DNA of 64,000 nt from a virus (Duplodnaviria > Caudoviricetes), in IMG/VR virus record IMGVR_UViG_3300033407_000010, positions 217 to 64,216 of that record, one strand, 5' to 3'. A program made the position numbers and the translations under genes. Positions 63,100-64,000 of this stretch are shown in pieces; the first letter of the stretch is position 1, and the number at the start of each line of letters is the position of its first letter. A model generated the notes under the pieces. That model searched no databases. It saw only the letters and a list, made by a program, of their open reading frames with translations, and was not told where the DNA came from.

Positions 63100-63509
63100 C
63101 CGACGCCGTCCGCGTGCTCTCCGGCCACGTCGAGGCGTTGCGGCAACCCGACGTGTTCAAGCGCTCGGTCTACCTCACCTGCGAGATCGACGCGGCGTGC
63201 GAGCAGGCTCGCCAGCAGGCGATGGCCATGAAGATCGGCCGCATCACGCGCTCGATCGCCGGCATGAAAGCCGCGAGCGAAGCGCTCGAGCGCCACCTGA
63301 ACCAGGCCGCGCAGATGAACGCCACGCTGCGGGCTGTGCTCGATCGCGAGCAGACGGCCGCCACGTTGAGCAGCGCACTGCAGGACCAATGCGCCGCCCG
63401 ACAGGCGGGCGACGCGATGACGTGCGCGCCCTGCAATTTGCAATGGGACACGAACGACGTGGCGCCGCCCCGGTGCCGGCGCTTGGCAGCCAACAACGGT
63501 GGAGACTGA
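63096..63509 (+). CDS. Hypothetical protein
   Basis: MTDAVRV...MTCAPCNLQWDTND..PPRC; ATGA overlap. Confidence 0.6.
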   Translation: MTDAVRVLSGHVEALRQPDVFKRSVYLTCEIDAACEQARQQAMAMKIGRITRSIAGMKAASEALERHLNQAAQMNATLRAVLDREQTAATLSSALQDQCAARQAGDAMTCAPCNLQWDTNDVAPPRCRRLAANNGGD

Positions 63510-63514
63510 CACCA

Positions 63515-64000
63515 ATGCACCCTGACAAGGTTTTCATTCTCGTCAATGACGTTCGCGTTTCGCTATCGGAACTCGCCACCATGAATTCGGCGGGCATCAA
63601 GACCATCGACGCCCGCGGCTGCACGGCGCTCGACAAGCTCGACGCGCCGAATGCGAAGTCCATCGACGCCAGCGGCTGCACGGCGCTCGACAAGCTCGAC
63701 GCGCCGAATGCGAAGTCCATCTACGCCCGCGGCTGCACGGCGCTCGACAAGCTCGACGCGCCGAATGCGGAGACCATCGACGCCAGCGGCTGCACGGCGC
63801 TCGACAAGCTCGACGCGCCGAATGCGAAGTCCATCTACGCCAGCGGCTGCACGGCGCTCGACAAGCTCGACGCGCCGAATGCGGAGTACATCGACGCCAG
63901 CGGCTGCACGGCGCTCGACAAGCTCGACGCGCCGAATGCGAAGTCCATCTACGCCCGCGGCTGCACGGCGCTCGACAAGCTCGACGCGCCGAATGCGGAG
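63515..64000 (+). CDS. Leucine-rich-repeat-like protein with 19-aa tandem repeats, truncated by window end
   Basis: GGAG RBS; MHPDKVFILV... then (K/E)(S/T/Y)I(D/Y)A(S/R)GCTALDKLDAPNA x7; absent from the ORF track because it has no stop. Confidence 0.85.
   Translation, partial: MHPDKVFILVNDVRVSLSELATMNSAGIKTIDARGCTALDKLDAPNAKSIDASGCTALDKLDAPNAKSIYARGCTALDKLDAPNAETIDASGCTALDKLDAPNAKSIYASGCTALDKLDAPNAEYIDASGCTALDKLDAPNAKSIYARGCTALDKLDAPNAE
63599..64000 (+). repeat. 57-bp tandem repeat, at least 7 units
   Basis: Period 57 (CAT at 63604, 63661, 63718, 63775, 63832, 63889, 63946); invariant core GGCTGCACGGCGCTCGACAAGCTCGACGCGCCGAATGCG. Confidence 0.97.

Noticed and set aside
63599-64000. 57-bp repeats as a CRISPR array or DGR template/variable repeat
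   Set aside because: Units are contiguous, in frame and have no spacers; no reverse transcriptase in the window; differences are not confined to adenines

Overview
The whole window (GC-rich, alphaproteobacterial, Hyphomicrobiales-like gene content) is a temperate siphophage genome. It appears circularly permuted and not integrated. Order: (+) early operon with RecT, a HerA-like ATPase and ParB, ending in a large serine integrase whose 3' end contains a tRNA 3'-end att core; (+) accessory operon at 13.7-15.5 kb; (-) late operon (terminase, portal, scaffold, capsid, head-tail, tube, chaperones, tape measure, DUF2460/DUF2163 tail tip, fibres, lysis); a ParB / SAM-methyltransferase-like / radical SAM / HNH block next to terS; an iteron-rich non-coding locus; a ParB-MT-A70 plus PD-(D/E)XK pair; (-) replication operon (primase-helicase, RuvC-like, GapR-like, GcrA, CII-like, Cro); (+) CI and the start of the early operon, ending in a 19-aa repeat protein cut by the window edge. 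The most striking element is the 13.7-15.2 kb operon: a sigma70-type promoter overlapped by two TTAGGC-N4-GCCTAA palindromes drives small orphan ORFs, a cas-less type I-E CRISPR mini-array (repeat, 29-nt spacer, truncated repeat) and a terminal HTH gene. This looks like a combined protein/RNA anti-CRISPR or CRISPR-hijacking locus. Family assignments come from motif recognition by eye, not database searches.
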